From: the human T2T-CHM13v2.0 reference genome, Homo sapiens
NCBI RefSeq assembly: GCF_009914755.1
Contig: NC_060936.1
DNA: 64,000 bases
Strand: one strand, 5' to 3'
The notes under the pieces are model-generated. The model was not told where the DNA came from, searched no databases, and was given only the letters and a program-made list of their open reading frames with translations. This document shows, piece after piece, positions 1 to 15,500 of this stretch. The stretch's first letter is position 1; the number at the start of each line of letters is the position of its first letter. The translations under genes and the position numbers were made by a program.

Positions 1-635
1 AGACCAGGAATCCCCAGTGTGGGGAACAGGTCAGAGAACACCAAACATGTCAAATATTAACTTATTTACCAAATATGGGATTGAAGGAAGGCAGGTTACA
101 TTTTTGTAAATCCTGGAGATTTTGTACAGAAGCAGAGACCCTTCCACTCCCTCCTCCCTAGACTCGACCAGGTGACTTTCCAGTTTGAAGTATTATGACA
201 CACCAAAATGGGATATCAGAATAACCACCGAGAAAAATGAGCTTGTACTCTGCCTGGGGCTTGGGAGAGAAAGGGCTTTGCCATGCTCTTCAAATTCTCG
301 TGTTCTGGTCCCTACAGAAAGAATAGCTGCTTGAGTTACCCAGCTTTTCCTGTGAGATCCTAGTTCTTTGTTCCAGTGGCCCAGAAAGCTTAATGTTCAG
401 CACTACGCAGCTTTCTTTGCCCCAAGACTATCCCCAGATCAAGGTAGGGCTGGTCTCCTTGGTACTGTTTCCCTTTTAAAAAATACTCAAACAATCCTTT
501 CCCACCCATTCCCCAAAGACCCCAATAAAATAACATGGGAGCAGCAGCTGCTTCTACAGTTTTGTTTTGAAATGGTGTTAGATAAAATAAGGGAATAAAT
601 AGAGAATGGGTAAGAGGCAGGACCTCTAGCGCCTG
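1..635 (-). other. CSRNP2: CSRNP2 3'UTR (partial, continues beyond the left edge)
   Basis: Repeat-free sequence directly downstream of the TGA at 636-638 on the minus strand; no AATAAA seen on the minus strand here. Confidence 0.85.
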
Positions 636-1559
636 TCACACTGCCAGAGGGAGTTCTAAGGAAGAATCTTCAGGGGGCCGATCCTCATTCTGCTGGGAGG
701 TCTTCACCATCCCACAGCCCTCTTCATTGTCCGTGCGGAAGGGGAGGCTTGAGGGGGACCAGGAAGGGTGGAAGTCTTCATTTTCAGGCTCCTCAGGGTT
801 ACAATCTTCGGGCAATAGAGCTTCTAGGGTGGGTGTTTTCCCCACCTCTGATTTACAGAGGGCAGCTGGGTCTGTGGAGCTACAAGCCACGAGTGAGGTA
901 ACAGGGAGAGAGAAGACATTCAGATCCTTCTCCTTTGGGAAAGAGGCTGAGCCTTCTTCCATACCAGGCTCTCCTTTCACTCCCAAGACTGGCCTCTGCT
1001 CCACTTGATAATAGACCAGGGGCCCACTGTTCAAGTAGGATGGGCTGTTCACCGTTGAGGCAGTTGGGTGGTCTGAGTTCTCGGTAAAACACAGGACAGA
1101 GGAGCCTGGGGGCAGCTGAGCCTGGATGAGAATGGGGGCTGTAAGGCCTGGGCACAGCTCTTCGGGGACAGCCAGAGGCTCCTCTAGGATGCACACACCC
1201 AGGCTCTCGATGCTCGAGTCCAGGCTGGCACTAGAGCCGCTGGAATCTTCTTCTGCCTTGAGCCGCTCCAGTTCCTCTGCACTCTGCAGGTGCATCACTG
1301 CTGTCTCATTCTCAGCAATGAACTCCTGGAAGTCCTGGGTCTCAGAGCCCTGTGCTCCTGTCAGGCTGCAACTGGCAGTCGGGGAGGGCTCCTCATCTGG
1401 GGCTGCTGGGCGGCTCACCTGCCGCTTGCTCTCCAGCTCCAGCTTCATAATGGTGTGGAGGTAATGAGTCCGGACCCGGATTGGATTAAATTCAATGCGT
1501 CCTGCCATGTTCCCACAGCCATCCCGGGAGCAGCCACATGGAAAGGACATGCGATCCAC
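636..1559 (-). CDS. CSRNP2: CSRNP2 exon 5 (last coding exon): end of the Cys-rich domain plus the acidic/Ser-rich C-terminus
   Basis: Acceptor ctcag|GTG GAT CGC at 1560-1561; [36 protein letters not shown] is the CSRNP/AXUD1-family motif; 924 nt including stop; exon sum 151+260+297+924=1632 nt=543 aa. Confidence 0.97.
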   Translation of the reverse strand: MDRMSFPCGCSRDGCGNMAGRIEFNPIRVRTHYLHTIMKLELESKRQVSRPAAPDEEPSPTASCSLTGAQGSETQDFQEFIAENETAVMHLQSAEELERLKAEEDSSGSSASLDSSIESLGVCILEEPLAVPEELCPGLTAPILIQAQLPPGSSVLCFTENSDHPTASTVNSPSYLNSGPLVYYQVEQRPVLGVKGEPGMEEGSASFPKEKDLNVFSLPVTSLVACSSTDPAALCKSEVGKTPTLEALLPEDCNPEEPENEDFHPSWSPSSLPFRTDNEEGCGMVKTSQQNEDRPPEDSSLELPLAV

Positions 1560-3367
1560 CTGAGCGGGGACAAGAAGGTTGGGGCAAGATGAGACCTACA
1601 ATCCTAACAATGGAGACAGGAGACATGAGCTGGCAAACAGGCAGTTGGGATTTGAGGTCTCCTTATAAGAAGAAAAGCAACCAATTCAAAGCATAGCATG
1701 CAGTGTGAGCTAACAGAACACTAGATGGTAGTTATCAGACCACTTGCATTTCAATCCCAGCTCAGCCATTAATTAGTGGTGTGACCTCAAGAGAATCATT
1801 TATCTCTCTAGGGCTTTGTTTCCTCTTCTAAATAACAAGTAGACAAAATCACAGCACAGGGTCCTTCCAGTTAAGAGTCCAGAGATACTTCTCTGAATGC
1901 TGATAGTTTTCACAGAGGAAATTTACGAGCCTCAGAGACTTTTTCAGAACTTACCTGGTTCACTGAGACAACAAAAGGCTGGAACCAAGCCTATGGCCTG
2001 CAATGACAGGCATGGGAGAGTGAGTGGAAGATCTTGCTACTTCAAAAAAAATACATTCTGGGGAAACTAAGCAAATGTGCCTTAGTTTGCTAAGGTGCTA
2101 GAACGCAGGTTCACACAGTGGCCAATTTTTTAGCTACCTGCTTTATTTTCCCTGAGGGTTGACTAGTTTAGTTCTGAAGCAGTTACCAAGATAATTAACT
2201 TACAGACCAGGAATATCTGGAAAGAAGATGCTTTCTACCTCCTTATCACTTTCATATTCCAACAGGAAAAACACATAAACCAAAAATAAAAGGAAAAATT
2301 AAAACCACAAGTAAGCAAATAAGCATGTACAAATCACAATGTCTTTCTATGATACTGACTTATAGAAATCTCCACTCCAGTTACACCATTTTTTTTTCCT
2401 TTGGAGATAGGGTCTTGCTCTGTCGTCCAGGCTGGAGTGCAGTGGTGCCATCATGGCTCACTGCAGCCTGGAGCCATGCTGGGATTACAGGTGTGAGCCA
2501 CCGCGCCCGGCCCTAATTTTAAAATTTTTTGTAGAGATGGGGTCTCGCTATGTTGCCCAGGCTGGCCTCAAACTCCTGGGCTCAAGCAGTCCTTCCACCC
2601 CAGCCTCCCAAAGTGCTAGTTACAGGTGTGAGCCAACATGCCAGGCCCAGCTGCATCAATTCTTAGGACTGTTCTCAGGTGTGTGTGTAACAGAATGACT
2701 CATTATGGGACTTTGGTCTGAAAAGCAGTATTTGGCCAGATATACCACAGTTATTTGTTACCCAGCTAAAAATAAAGAAAGAGTGAGTTAGGAGAAATCC
2801 AACCACAAGGACTCAGCATCTACACCCTCAATAATTAAGTTCCAGATAAATTTCATTCTTAGGGATGGTATTGCTGTTTTCAACTGAAATGTGTCTTAAA
2901 CTGTCCCCCATCAGAGGGCCAACAAGGGGCCAGGCACGGTGGCTCATGCCTGTAATCCCAGTACTTCGGGAGGCTGAGGCAGGCAGATCACCTGAGGTCA
3001 GGCGTTCGAGACCTGCCCGGCCAACATGATGAAACCCTGTCTCTACTAAAAATACAAAAGCTGGCCAGGTGCGGTGGCTCACGCCTGTAATCCCAGCACT
3101 TTGGGAGGCTGAGGCAGGCGGATCACGAGGTCAAGAGATCGAGACCATCCTGGCCTACATGGTGAAACGCCGTCTCTACTAAAAATACAAAAATTAGCTG
3201 GGTGTGGTGGTGTGTGCCTATAGTCCCAGCTACTCGGGAGGCTGAGGCAGGAGAATTGCTTGAACCCGGGAGGCAGAGGTTGCAGCGAGCCGAGATCACG
3301 CGCTACGGCACTCCAGCCTGGCAACAGAGCAAGACTCCGTCTCAAAAAAAAAAAAAAAAAAGAATTA

Positions 3368-3574
<207 letters not shown>

Positions 3575-4036
3575 TCAGATAACTATGGTTTTAAGCTCTG
3601 CTAGGCCAGGTCTGATCCTGAATTATAAAGCTCTGAATACTATTTTGATTTTTTCAAAATTGGAGTAGAGGTACTGAACAATAAGTGTTTGCAGATAGAA
3701 TCTACAGGCCCACACCATTCCTCTGCTAACTTTTTGAGACAGGGTCTTGCTCTGTCGCCCGGGCTGGAGTGCAGTGGCACAATCATAGCTTACTGCAACC
3801 TATGCCTCCCAGGCTCAAGTGATCCTCCTCCCATCTCAGCCTCTTGAGTACCTGGGACTACAGGCCCATGCTACCATGTCCAGCTAATTTTTGTATTTTT
3901 TGTAAAGATGGGGCTTAGCCATGTTGCCCAGGCTGGTCTCGAACTCCTGGGAAGCAATCTGCCTGCCTGCCTCGGCCTCCCAAAGTGCTGGGATTACAGA
4001 TGTGAGCCACCATGCCCAGTCCTGTTTCCTTTTATC

Positions 4037-4134
4037 TCAAGGAATCAGTATTTAGGAAACAGTATTTAGGAAATACTGTTTAGGAATCAGTATTTAGGAA
4101 ATACTGTTTAGGAATCAGTATTTAGGAAACATTT
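4037..4134. repeat. 14-bp minisatellite (TTTAGGAA+6 nt) x7 with internally inverted units
   Basis: Units end in TCAGTA, ACAGTA, ATACTG, TCAGTA, ATACTG, TCAGTA, ACATTT. Confidence 0.9.
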
Positions 4135-4591
4135 ACTAAATGTTAAATGTACTAACTCCTCTTCATCCCTTTCCTAACAGCTGCTTCTTATCACCTCTGA
4201 GAAATGAAACAAAAAAAGATGAGATACCTCCACAGCCTAAGAATCCTGTCATGCTTGTTTTCTTTGCAAAAATTTTAAGAGACAGGGTCTCACTCTGTGA
4301 CCCAGGCTGGCGTGCACTGGTGTGAACTCAGCTCACTGCAGCCTTGACCTCCTGGACTCAAGAGATCCTCCTACCTCAGCCTCCCACATAGCTAGGATTA
4401 GAGGTGTGAGCCACCATGCCTGGCCGTGTGCTGTTTGCTTACTCTGTTGACGGAGGAGGGTTGTGGAACTGGAGAGTGTTCACAACCATAGGGAATCCAC
4501 CCCTGAATGGGCCTCCCATGTTCAGTGGCACCCACACCTCACCCCGCTGACCCTGGTATAGATATACTATCTCAGGCCAACTTGGACTGAC

Positions 4592-4888
4592 CTGGCATTT
4601 AATCCCAGCCTGGCTGCAGGCACACGCTTCTGGGTCACAATACAGTCGGCAGTCACAACCACATTCTTCCCGTGACAGGCGGATGGCTCGAAGTTCTTGC
4701 TTCTCTTCAGCATCAATACGGTGGACCCCAGAAGCCCTCAGCAGGGCCCGTCGCCGTTTGGTGGGCAGAGGCTGCAGGAAGAAGTAATCATCCACCTCCA
4801 CATTTTCCACATCAATATCTTCATCTGACACATCATCCAGCGTCAGGCCATCAGCCTCCACCGACTCCACTGTCCCATTCTTGGTCAG
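4592..4888 (-). CDS. CSRNP2: CSRNP2 exon 4 (LTKNGT...[12 protein letters not shown]...[24 protein letters not shown])
   Basis: Acceptor ggcag|CTG at 4889-4890, donor CAG|gtcagt at 4591; 297 nt, phase 0/0; basic NLS-like segment and Cys-rich region. Confidence 0.97.
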
Positions 4889-4998
4889 CTGCCAAGAGAC
4901 AGGAAAGGTTAGCCTCATAGACATGAGCGGCATGCACCTCCTCAGTGACCATCCCAGAGCAGCACTGTCCCTTGAACCTTCTGCAATCATGGGAATAT

Positions 4999-5420
<422 letters not shown>

Positions 5421-5843
5421 AGTCAAAAGAATAAATCCAGAGTGGGAAGATGGGAAATCTTACGTACCATCACCTTTCTGGGTCCAAGCTTCTCAAAAAC
5501 CCGTCTCATCTTCCCTCCTACACGAAAATCTATTTCCACAAACATACCGTCTATTTCCAGACATGTATCCCCTAATTTACACTCACTTGCCTTCTAACAC
5601 AGAGAGGAAAAGGTATGTGAATGACTGGATGATCCTTGGATATACAGAAAAATGTGAAACACCCTTCAACTTGCACCCACTGAATGCAAAACTACCTTCT
5701 TGAAAAAAAAAGGGCAAATTAAAGTGTAGTAAAAGGCTACCAGGTCTTAATCAATGAACCCAAATCCCCACAGTGTGAACAATTATCTGTGCATGCACTA
5801 AAGAGCTTCATTCTACTGTAAGGAGAAAAAGCAAATATATTAA

Positions 5844-6099
<256 letters not shown>

Positions 6100-6546
6100 T
6101 AGCCAGGATGGTCTCAATCTCCTGACCTTGTAATCTGCCCACCTCGGCCTCCCAAAGTGATGGGATTACAGGCATGAGCCACCGTGCCCGGCTTCCTTCT
6201 CCTTTCTTTCTTTTTTTTTTTTTTTTGAGACAGGGTCTCACTGTCGCTCAGGATGGAATGCAGTGCATGATCTCGGCTCACTGCAATCTCTGCCTCCTGG
6301 GTTCAAGTGATTCTCCTGCCTCAGCCTTCCAAGTAGCTGGAATTACAGGCTCCTGCCACCATGCTCAGCTAATTTTTGTATTTTTAGTAGAGACAGGGTT
6401 TCACAATGTTGCCCAGGCTGGTCTCGAACTCCCAACCTCAACTGATACACCCAACTCCACCTCCCTAAGTGCTATAATTACAGGCCTGAGCCACTGCACC
6501 AGGCCTAATCCTTTTTTATTTGACTTCAAAGAAAAGCTGTATGTGA

Positions 6547-6855
<309 letters not shown>

Positions 6856-9375
6856 TGATCCGCCCGCCTCAGCCTCCCAAAGTGCTGGGATTACAGGCGT
6901 GAGCCACCGAGAAATCTGGGTTTTCTGGGCTGAGATGGATAGAGAGCCAAGAAAGGGAGTCTTGGTGGAAGGACAGATTGAAGACAAGCCGTGGCTGAAA
7001 GAGTTCTGAAAACTCACTAGAGAACTCAAGAAAATGAGGCCTCATAATCCCTGGGGCTCTGGAAGCTGCTAGCAGGATGAAAGCCACGTGACTGGAGCCT
7101 TTGGTTGATTTCATCAGACAACCAGAGTAGAGCTGCTAAAGGAACAACTCCTGGGAGAGATGTGATGCAATGGGCTTGGGTAATCAGCTACACACCTGGT
7201 TTTCTTGTTTGTGGGGGAGGTGGTAGAGAAATGAAGAGAAGTAAAGTGGGGCTTCTGGAGGTTTCCTAGTCAGTGATTTCGGTACTAGGCAGGCCAACTA
7301 CAAAGGGCCTTTCTGTTTATCTCAGGATTGCTCCTGTCTACATCTCCAGGGTTGACCTCCCCCTAAGCATACCCCCTCCTGCTGTCCTCTCATAGGCAAG
7401 GGATTAGAGATGTAACACGAGGACACTCATATAGATGTGAGAATTTAAATATCGAGATAGAAGTGGCATTTCAAATCAGTGAGAAAAGAGTCTTCTAGTT
7501 ATTAAATCGTATTGGAACAAGTGGATATTTTCTGGGGGAAAAAAGATTCCCAATGTATACTATTCATGATAATGAGTTCCATATGGATAACAGGCCAAAA
7601 TACAAAAAATGAAATAAAAATATTAGAAAAATTATAGTTAACTAAAGTTGCGGAACACCAAGCAGCTGCTGGAACAACCCCAAAGGAAGACAAACATTAG
7701 ATGGTACATGAGAGATGCAGAATGTACATTTTTTGAAACCAACTGCCTCCCTTATAGAGAGCTAAAAAACAGGCCTGGTGCAGTGGCGCATGACTGTTAT
7801 CCCAGCACCTCTGAGAGACTAAGGTGGAAGAATCGCTTAAGACCAGGAGTTCGAGACCAGCTTGGGCAACAGAACAAGACCCCATCTCTACAAAAACTGG
7901 CCGGACATGGTGGCTCACTCCTGTAATCCCAGCACTTTGGGAGGCCGAGGCGGGTGGATCACTTGAGGCCAGGACTTCGAGACTAGCCTGGCCAACGTGG
8001 CAAAACTTCGTCTCTACTAAAAATAAAAAAATTAGCCCAGCATGGTGGTACATGCCTATAATCTCAGTTGAGGGAGGCTGAGGCACAAGAATCGCTTGAA
8101 CCTGGGAGGCGGAGGTTGCAGTTAACCGAGATTGCGCCACTGCACTCCAGCCTGGGCAACGGAGTGAGACCCTGCATCAAAAAAAAAAAAAAAAACCTAC
8201 AAAAATTAACCAAGCATGGTGGTGGGTGCAGCTGCAGTCCCAGCTATTTGGGAGGCTAAGGCAGGAGGATCGCTTGAGGATTGCCTCTGTGCTCCAGCCT
8301 GGATGACAGAGTGAGACCCTGTTTCAAGAGAAAAAAAAAATCTAAGCAAAGAATAAACTAGGTAAGGTAAAGCAAGGGATTCCTCTTGACATATAAAGAT
8401 AAGCCTGGTGCAGTGGCCCACACCTGTAGTCCCAACTACTTGGGAGGCTGAGGTGGGAGGATCACTTGAGCCCAGGAGTTTGAGACTAGCCTGGGCAACA
8501 AAATGAGACCCCATCTTTAAAAAAACAAAGTGCTGTATTAGATGTCATCACTGCTGGTGCTCACTAAACATCCTGCTAACAAGTAGAGCTCCTGTATCTG
8601 TCTTGGGTTTGCCTGGCTTCGTCCCTAGAATTCCTGTAAGTGGAGAACACAGAACAGGATGGTATACTGTTTTGACAGATCATTCCTCTGCCAGATTTAG
8701 GAGAGTGGAGTTTTCTTCTAGGGAAAGGAAGGAATGCCTTCACTGCAATTGATGAGAACAGTGTTTATTTGCCCAGCTGTTGCTACGGCAGCTGGAAGGT
8801 GACAGGGTCAGTGATGGAATTCCTCAGACAGAGGAAAGGGAAGCCTGAATGTCATTCTAGAGTGAGAAAAACAGGTGTAGGGCTTTAGGAATAGTCTGAG
8901 GGAAGTAGACATACAGCTCTCAGAGAAAGAAAGGAATGAGATGCTCTGGTTAGCCTACATCCTCTGCCACCAGTCTCCAACTCCACCACATTCTAACGTG
9001 TCTCTCTCATGACTCTGGAAATAATGGAGCTACCTGTTTTAATATGGGTCAGCATGCTTTGGGCTTCAAAGAAACCTGGCCAGGCTTAAACTGGTGTTCT
9101 TCAAATTTGGAATCAGGATCTCTGGGAGAAATTTTTGAGAGGTAGTAGCAACTATGGCTGTGGGAATACCAAACAGTACTAAGATGAAAAATGGGTGGCC
9201 AAGTGCGGTGGCTCACGCCTATAATCCCAGCACTTTGTGAGGCTGAGGTGGGCAGATCACGAGGTCAGGAGACCGAACCCATCCTGGCTAACATGGTGAA
9301 ACCCCGTCTCTATTAAAAATACAAAAAAAAAAATAGCCGGGTGTGGTGTTGGGCACCTGTAGTCCCAGCTATTCA

Positions 9376-9603
<228 letters not shown>

Positions 9604-10739
9604 TTATACAAATCTAAATAACTATTTGATAATGCTGTTTGTATCTACAAGATTATCACGTAAGGGTGATGGGGATTATAGAAACAGCAGGATCCTTTCA
9701 GAGACTGTGAAATATCCAAAACCTGTTCTGTGCATCCGGCCAAGGGACAATTATTTGACCAGAAATTGAAAATTGTGCTTCCTTGAGTTCCAGGGTGACA
9801 GACCTGAACGCCTTCACGTATTCATATTTTAAACTTAAAAATAAATTGGGGGCGGGGGTGTTGGGCATGGTGGCTCATGCCTGTAATCCCAGCACTTTGG
9901 GAGGTCAAGAGGGAAGGACCACTTGAGCCCAGGAATTGAGACCAACCTGGGCAACGTTGCAAGATCCCACTACTATTAAAAAAAATACTAGCCAGGCATG
10001 GTGGCATGAGCCTGTGGTTCCCAGATACTTGGGAGGCTGAGATTGGCAGATGGCTTGAGGCCAGGAGTTCAAGGCTGCAATGAGCTGTGATTGAGCCACT
10101 GCACTCCAGCCTGGGTGACAGAGAGAGACCCTGTCTCAAAAGAAAACATACATACATACATACATACATACATAAAATTGAGGGAGGCAGTGGGGGTTTG
10201 GGAGGGGGAAATTCTAGGGAAGCCATTTTGCTATATCTGGTAGACTCCCCTGCCAGATGCAAAGACGGGAGTCTTGGACTGAGATTTGATTTCAAATCTG
10301 AGATTTTTCATTAGAAAGAGTTGAAATCTCTATACCCCAAGGACAACAGTCAAATAAAAAAAAAAATCAGCTGGGTGCAGTGGCTCACACCTGTAGTCTC
10401 AGCACTTTGGGAGGCCGAGGCAGGTAGATCACTTGAGACCAGGAGTTCGAGACCAGCCTGGGCAACATGGCAAAACCCTGTCTCTACTAAAAATACAAAA
10501 ACAAGACGGATGCACACCTGTAATCCCAACTACTCGGGAGGCTGAGGCACAAGAAATCGCTTGAACCTGGGGAGGCCGAGGTTGCAGTGAGCTAATATCA
10601 TGCCAGTGCACTCCAGCCCGGGCGACAGAGCAAGACTCTGTCCCAGAAAAAAAAAAAAAAAAAATCAATCAACCAACCAACCAATGAACCTAAATGGTTT
10701 CCTACATGGACAGCAGTAGATCCCAGAACACTTAGGCAC

Positions 10740-11241
<502 letters not shown>

Positions 11242-11621
11242 TAGGCTGGTCTTGAACTCCTGACCTCAGGTGATCCGCCCGCCCCGGCCTCCCAAAGTGC
11301 TGGGATTACAGGTGTGAGCCACCATGCCTGGCCGAGAGATGCTTTATTAACTCAGGGATGACCTGTTTGGGGAGCTTGCTCTTTCTCATCCATCTAGGCT
11401 CTCAACTCTTCTTCTCTAAACGTGCTCTCTATATCTAGAGAACTGTCTAATATCTTCAAATCCTAAATGCTCTGTCAGAAGGGACCTTGAACTTCAGCTG
11501 GTTCATACAACTGCCTCCAGACTGACTATACCTAAACAGATGACCACAAAATCCATTTTTAGACATCAGCTGGGAAGAGGATCTCTAGTTAATCTTTTCT
11601 GGATATAAGAATCTACAGCTT

Positions 11622-12440
<819 letters not shown>

Positions 12441-12446
12441 CTGTAG

Positions 12447-12625
12447 CAGGGGACAGCAAACTGTCAAGAGCCAGACAGTAACTATTTTAGGCTCTACAGG
12501 CCATGAGGTCTCTGTTGCAATAATTCAACTCTGCCACTGTAGCATGAAAGCAATCATACACAATGGGTATAACTGTGTTCCAACAAAACAGGCATTGGGC
12601 CAGATTTGGCCCATGGGCAACCCCT
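12447..12625 (+). mobile_element. MER58A-like hAT-Charlie MITE
   Basis: CAGGGGACAGCAAACT...TATTTTAGGCT..CAGGCCA..GGTCTCTGTTGCAA...GCCAGATTTGGCCC. Confidence 0.75.
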
Positions 12626-12804
12626 CATATATAGTATCAGTTCTTTCCAAGAACTAATAGAGCCGTAAGAATTAAGAAAGCTTGGCCGGGCACAGTGGCT
12701 CACGCCTGTAATCCCTGCACTTTGGGAGGCCGAGGCGGGTGGGTCACCTGTGGTCAGGAGTTCAAGACCAACCTGGCCAACATGATGAAACCTTGTCTCT
12801 ACTA

Positions 12805-12975
<171 letters not shown>

Positions 12976-13327
12976 TTAAGAAATCTGGATTTGCCCCAGT
13001 TGTCCAAGCAGCAAGCATTTATATCCTGCTACAGCTACAATTTCCTGGAACTCTCTGGGACTCTGGTGGGGGCAGGGTAGAGTCCTAGACTCCTTTTTCA
13101 ATCTAATTTAACCCATTCTGGGAACCAGCAACCCACAAGACAAGTAAAATCAGCTAGAATAAATCAGACTTTAGTCTACGGTATGAGAGAAATGAGGTCC
13201 TCCAAAGAGCAAGGAAAGATGATGATTAAGGGCAAATCCCCAAGCCACACAGACGCTGTCTCGAGCTGCCATGGGTTCTGCTGCTTGGGGAATGTGGGTA
13301 TAGGCAGGGACGGAGCAGCTTACTCAC

Positions 13328-13478
13328 GTGTGAAGCTGGCAGTGGTAGGAGGATTGAGGCTGTCGCAGCTGTCAGCACTATCACTGCTGGAGATCTCATC
13401 ATCTGAGTTGGAAACTGATGAGCCCACATCCACATCATCAAACTTCCTCTTGAGACCCGAGCCCGTGAATGCATCCAT
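13328..13478 (-). CDS. CSRNP2: CSRNP2 exon 2 coding part (MDAFTGSGLKRKFDDVDVGSSVSNSDDEISSSDSADSCDSLNPPTTASFT)
   Basis: ATG at 13478-13476; donor C|gtgagt at 13327; exon starts at 13564 after acceptor ttttttccctgggcag, giving 86 nt of 5'UTR. Confidence 0.96.
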
Positions 13479-14196
13479 TGGTTTCAAAGGGGTTTCCTTG
13501 GGGAGCCCACCAAGTTGGCCCCAAAGCCCCTACTCACCACCAGCTAGCCAGGTACATTAGGATTCTGCCCAGGGAAAAAAAGGAATCAGCATTCCTGTCC
13601 CCAGACAGACTCCTCCCCAGTCTATACACACAGCTCTCTAAAGAAAGCACCTCACCTAGCACTGATGTCTGCTTTCTCAATATTACGTTCTTTCTCTACT
13701 AGCTCTGGCCAACATTCTCCTACTTTCGTTTCCCTTCAGCCCCTCTATTCTCAATCACTCTTAGAATAATGAGATGGGTAGCAGCAGCACCTTTCCCAGT
13801 GAAGGAAAGGCCTTTGCTTCTAATCCAGCTGGGGTCTAGGCTTCATTAGCCCAGGAATCACAGTAGCTGCTCTTCTGATCATATAGAAAAGCTCTCCAAG
13901 GCACCAGTGAGAAGAACTTGAAATCAAAAACACAATTATCACTGCTGCTTGTTTGGTTGGCAAAAAAAAAAAAAAAAGGAAAAAAAGAAAAGCAGAATTA
14001 GGCTTTGCCTAAACCAAGACTAGACCCAGCTATTTATCTGTTTTAGAAACAGGGTCTCACTATGTTGCCCAGGCTGGTCTTGAACACCTGGGCTCGAGCA
14101 ATCCTCCTGCCTCAGCCTCCAGAGTAGCTGGGACTACAAGGCACACACCACTGAACCCGGCTAGACCCACTTATTTTTCCTAGTGATAATACAGCC

Positions 14197-14446
14197 CGGC
14201 ATTTCCCAAAGTGCGTGTCTTATGGTATTAATAGCTTTTACATAGAAATACGACTGCTGTGTCAAAAGGGTTTTAAAAATTGCCTATAGTGGAACTTCTT
14301 AGAGGCTTTTAATATACTAATAAGGATGGTGAAGGCTGAGAGAACACAGAATGCAGTGTTTCTACAAACGTGATTAAGGAACCCACTGTTTCCAAGGTAT
14401 TTTAGAGTGCAAATAATGCTTGGAATACACTTTGGGAAATACTGCT
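14197..14446. mobile_element. hAT-Charlie MITE (MER103-like) with terminal inverted repeats
   Basis: GCATTTCCCAAAGTG ... CACTTTGGGAAATACTGC. Confidence 0.6.
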
Positions 14447-15500
14447 CCAGGCACTCAATTTTGAAGGACATTAGCAGTCAGGAAAACCCTTTACCCAGAT
14501 CTTCATAAGTGTAAAGTGTTTCACCAGGCTTCTATAAAGGTCAAATTTGGTACCAAAGAATGGACCCAAGATTAGAATCTGCATGGCTTCAAAACCCAGA
14601 ATCTTTCCCAATCTCATACTGCTCCATAAAATAGGGCTCATCTGGTCTGTCACCATCCTCTGTGCAAGGACATTGTAGCTTTACAATCTTTGCCCTCTAT
14701 AAAGAAATCAGCAAGGGGAAAACAAATAGCAAGAGAAGTAACTATTTATTCTGGTTATATCAATATGGCATGCAGTGTTGTTTTCAACACACTTTCATAC
14801 AACCAAGGAGTCTGAGATAGTCCATTTCCCTAGGTACAAATCTTTTTCCTCCATCTTTGGATTTAAGTTCCAGAAGGACACGAATCTGCTCAGCAGAAAT
14901 GCTGTCAAAGCGGGAGCCATGTGTGATGAGACACGAACCCTCCCTTGCCTCAGTAATGCCAGAATCTCCCCAGACTATGATCTCACTAGTTGCTAATTAT
15001 GCAGCAGGAATAACAACACTGCCCAGAACGACAGGGCTGCATTACTGCAGAGCAGCTACCCAGAATATACTGTGGTGTCAAGAGATGCCTGCTACAGAGC
15101 TGCTTTTCTGGACTGTGTCTGTTGGAAGCAATTTGCCTGCTCTTGGATCAGCTCTACAAAGTCAACCAGACGTAATAAGTACCTTAGAGAAGGTATTTCC
15201 TAATCTATCCAGATTGCATCAAATTCTGCATTCAAGTCACAAGATGTACCTAAGAAACCTCAGCCATCAGAAGTCTCAGACAAGCACATTCCTGAAATAA
15301 ATTTGCCAGGGAAGAAAAAAAAAATCAAGTATTTGATAAAAATTGTAATTAAATTAAAAAACGAGCCCAAAGTATCAGTTTAGTTCTTCATGTTACTGAT
15401 CTTATCAGAGGTCACATTCTTAGGGCATGGTAAGAAAGGAGCGAGCCAAGGGCTTTTTATGGGTTAAGATTTTAGCTGGGTTTAAAGATACCGATCAACA

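Noticed and set aside
727-1592. Antisense and alternative-frame ORFs over CSRNP2 exon 5
   Set aside because: Shadow ORFs of a GC-rich coding exon.
4037-4134. Possible CRISPR-like repeat-spacer pattern
   Set aside because: Human intron; the 6-nt 'spacers' recur and no cas genes are present. It is a minisatellite.
14857-15300. 147-aa + strand ORF in CSRNP2 intron 1
   Set aside because: Non-ATG start, no recognisable homology and no supporting promoter or splice structure.
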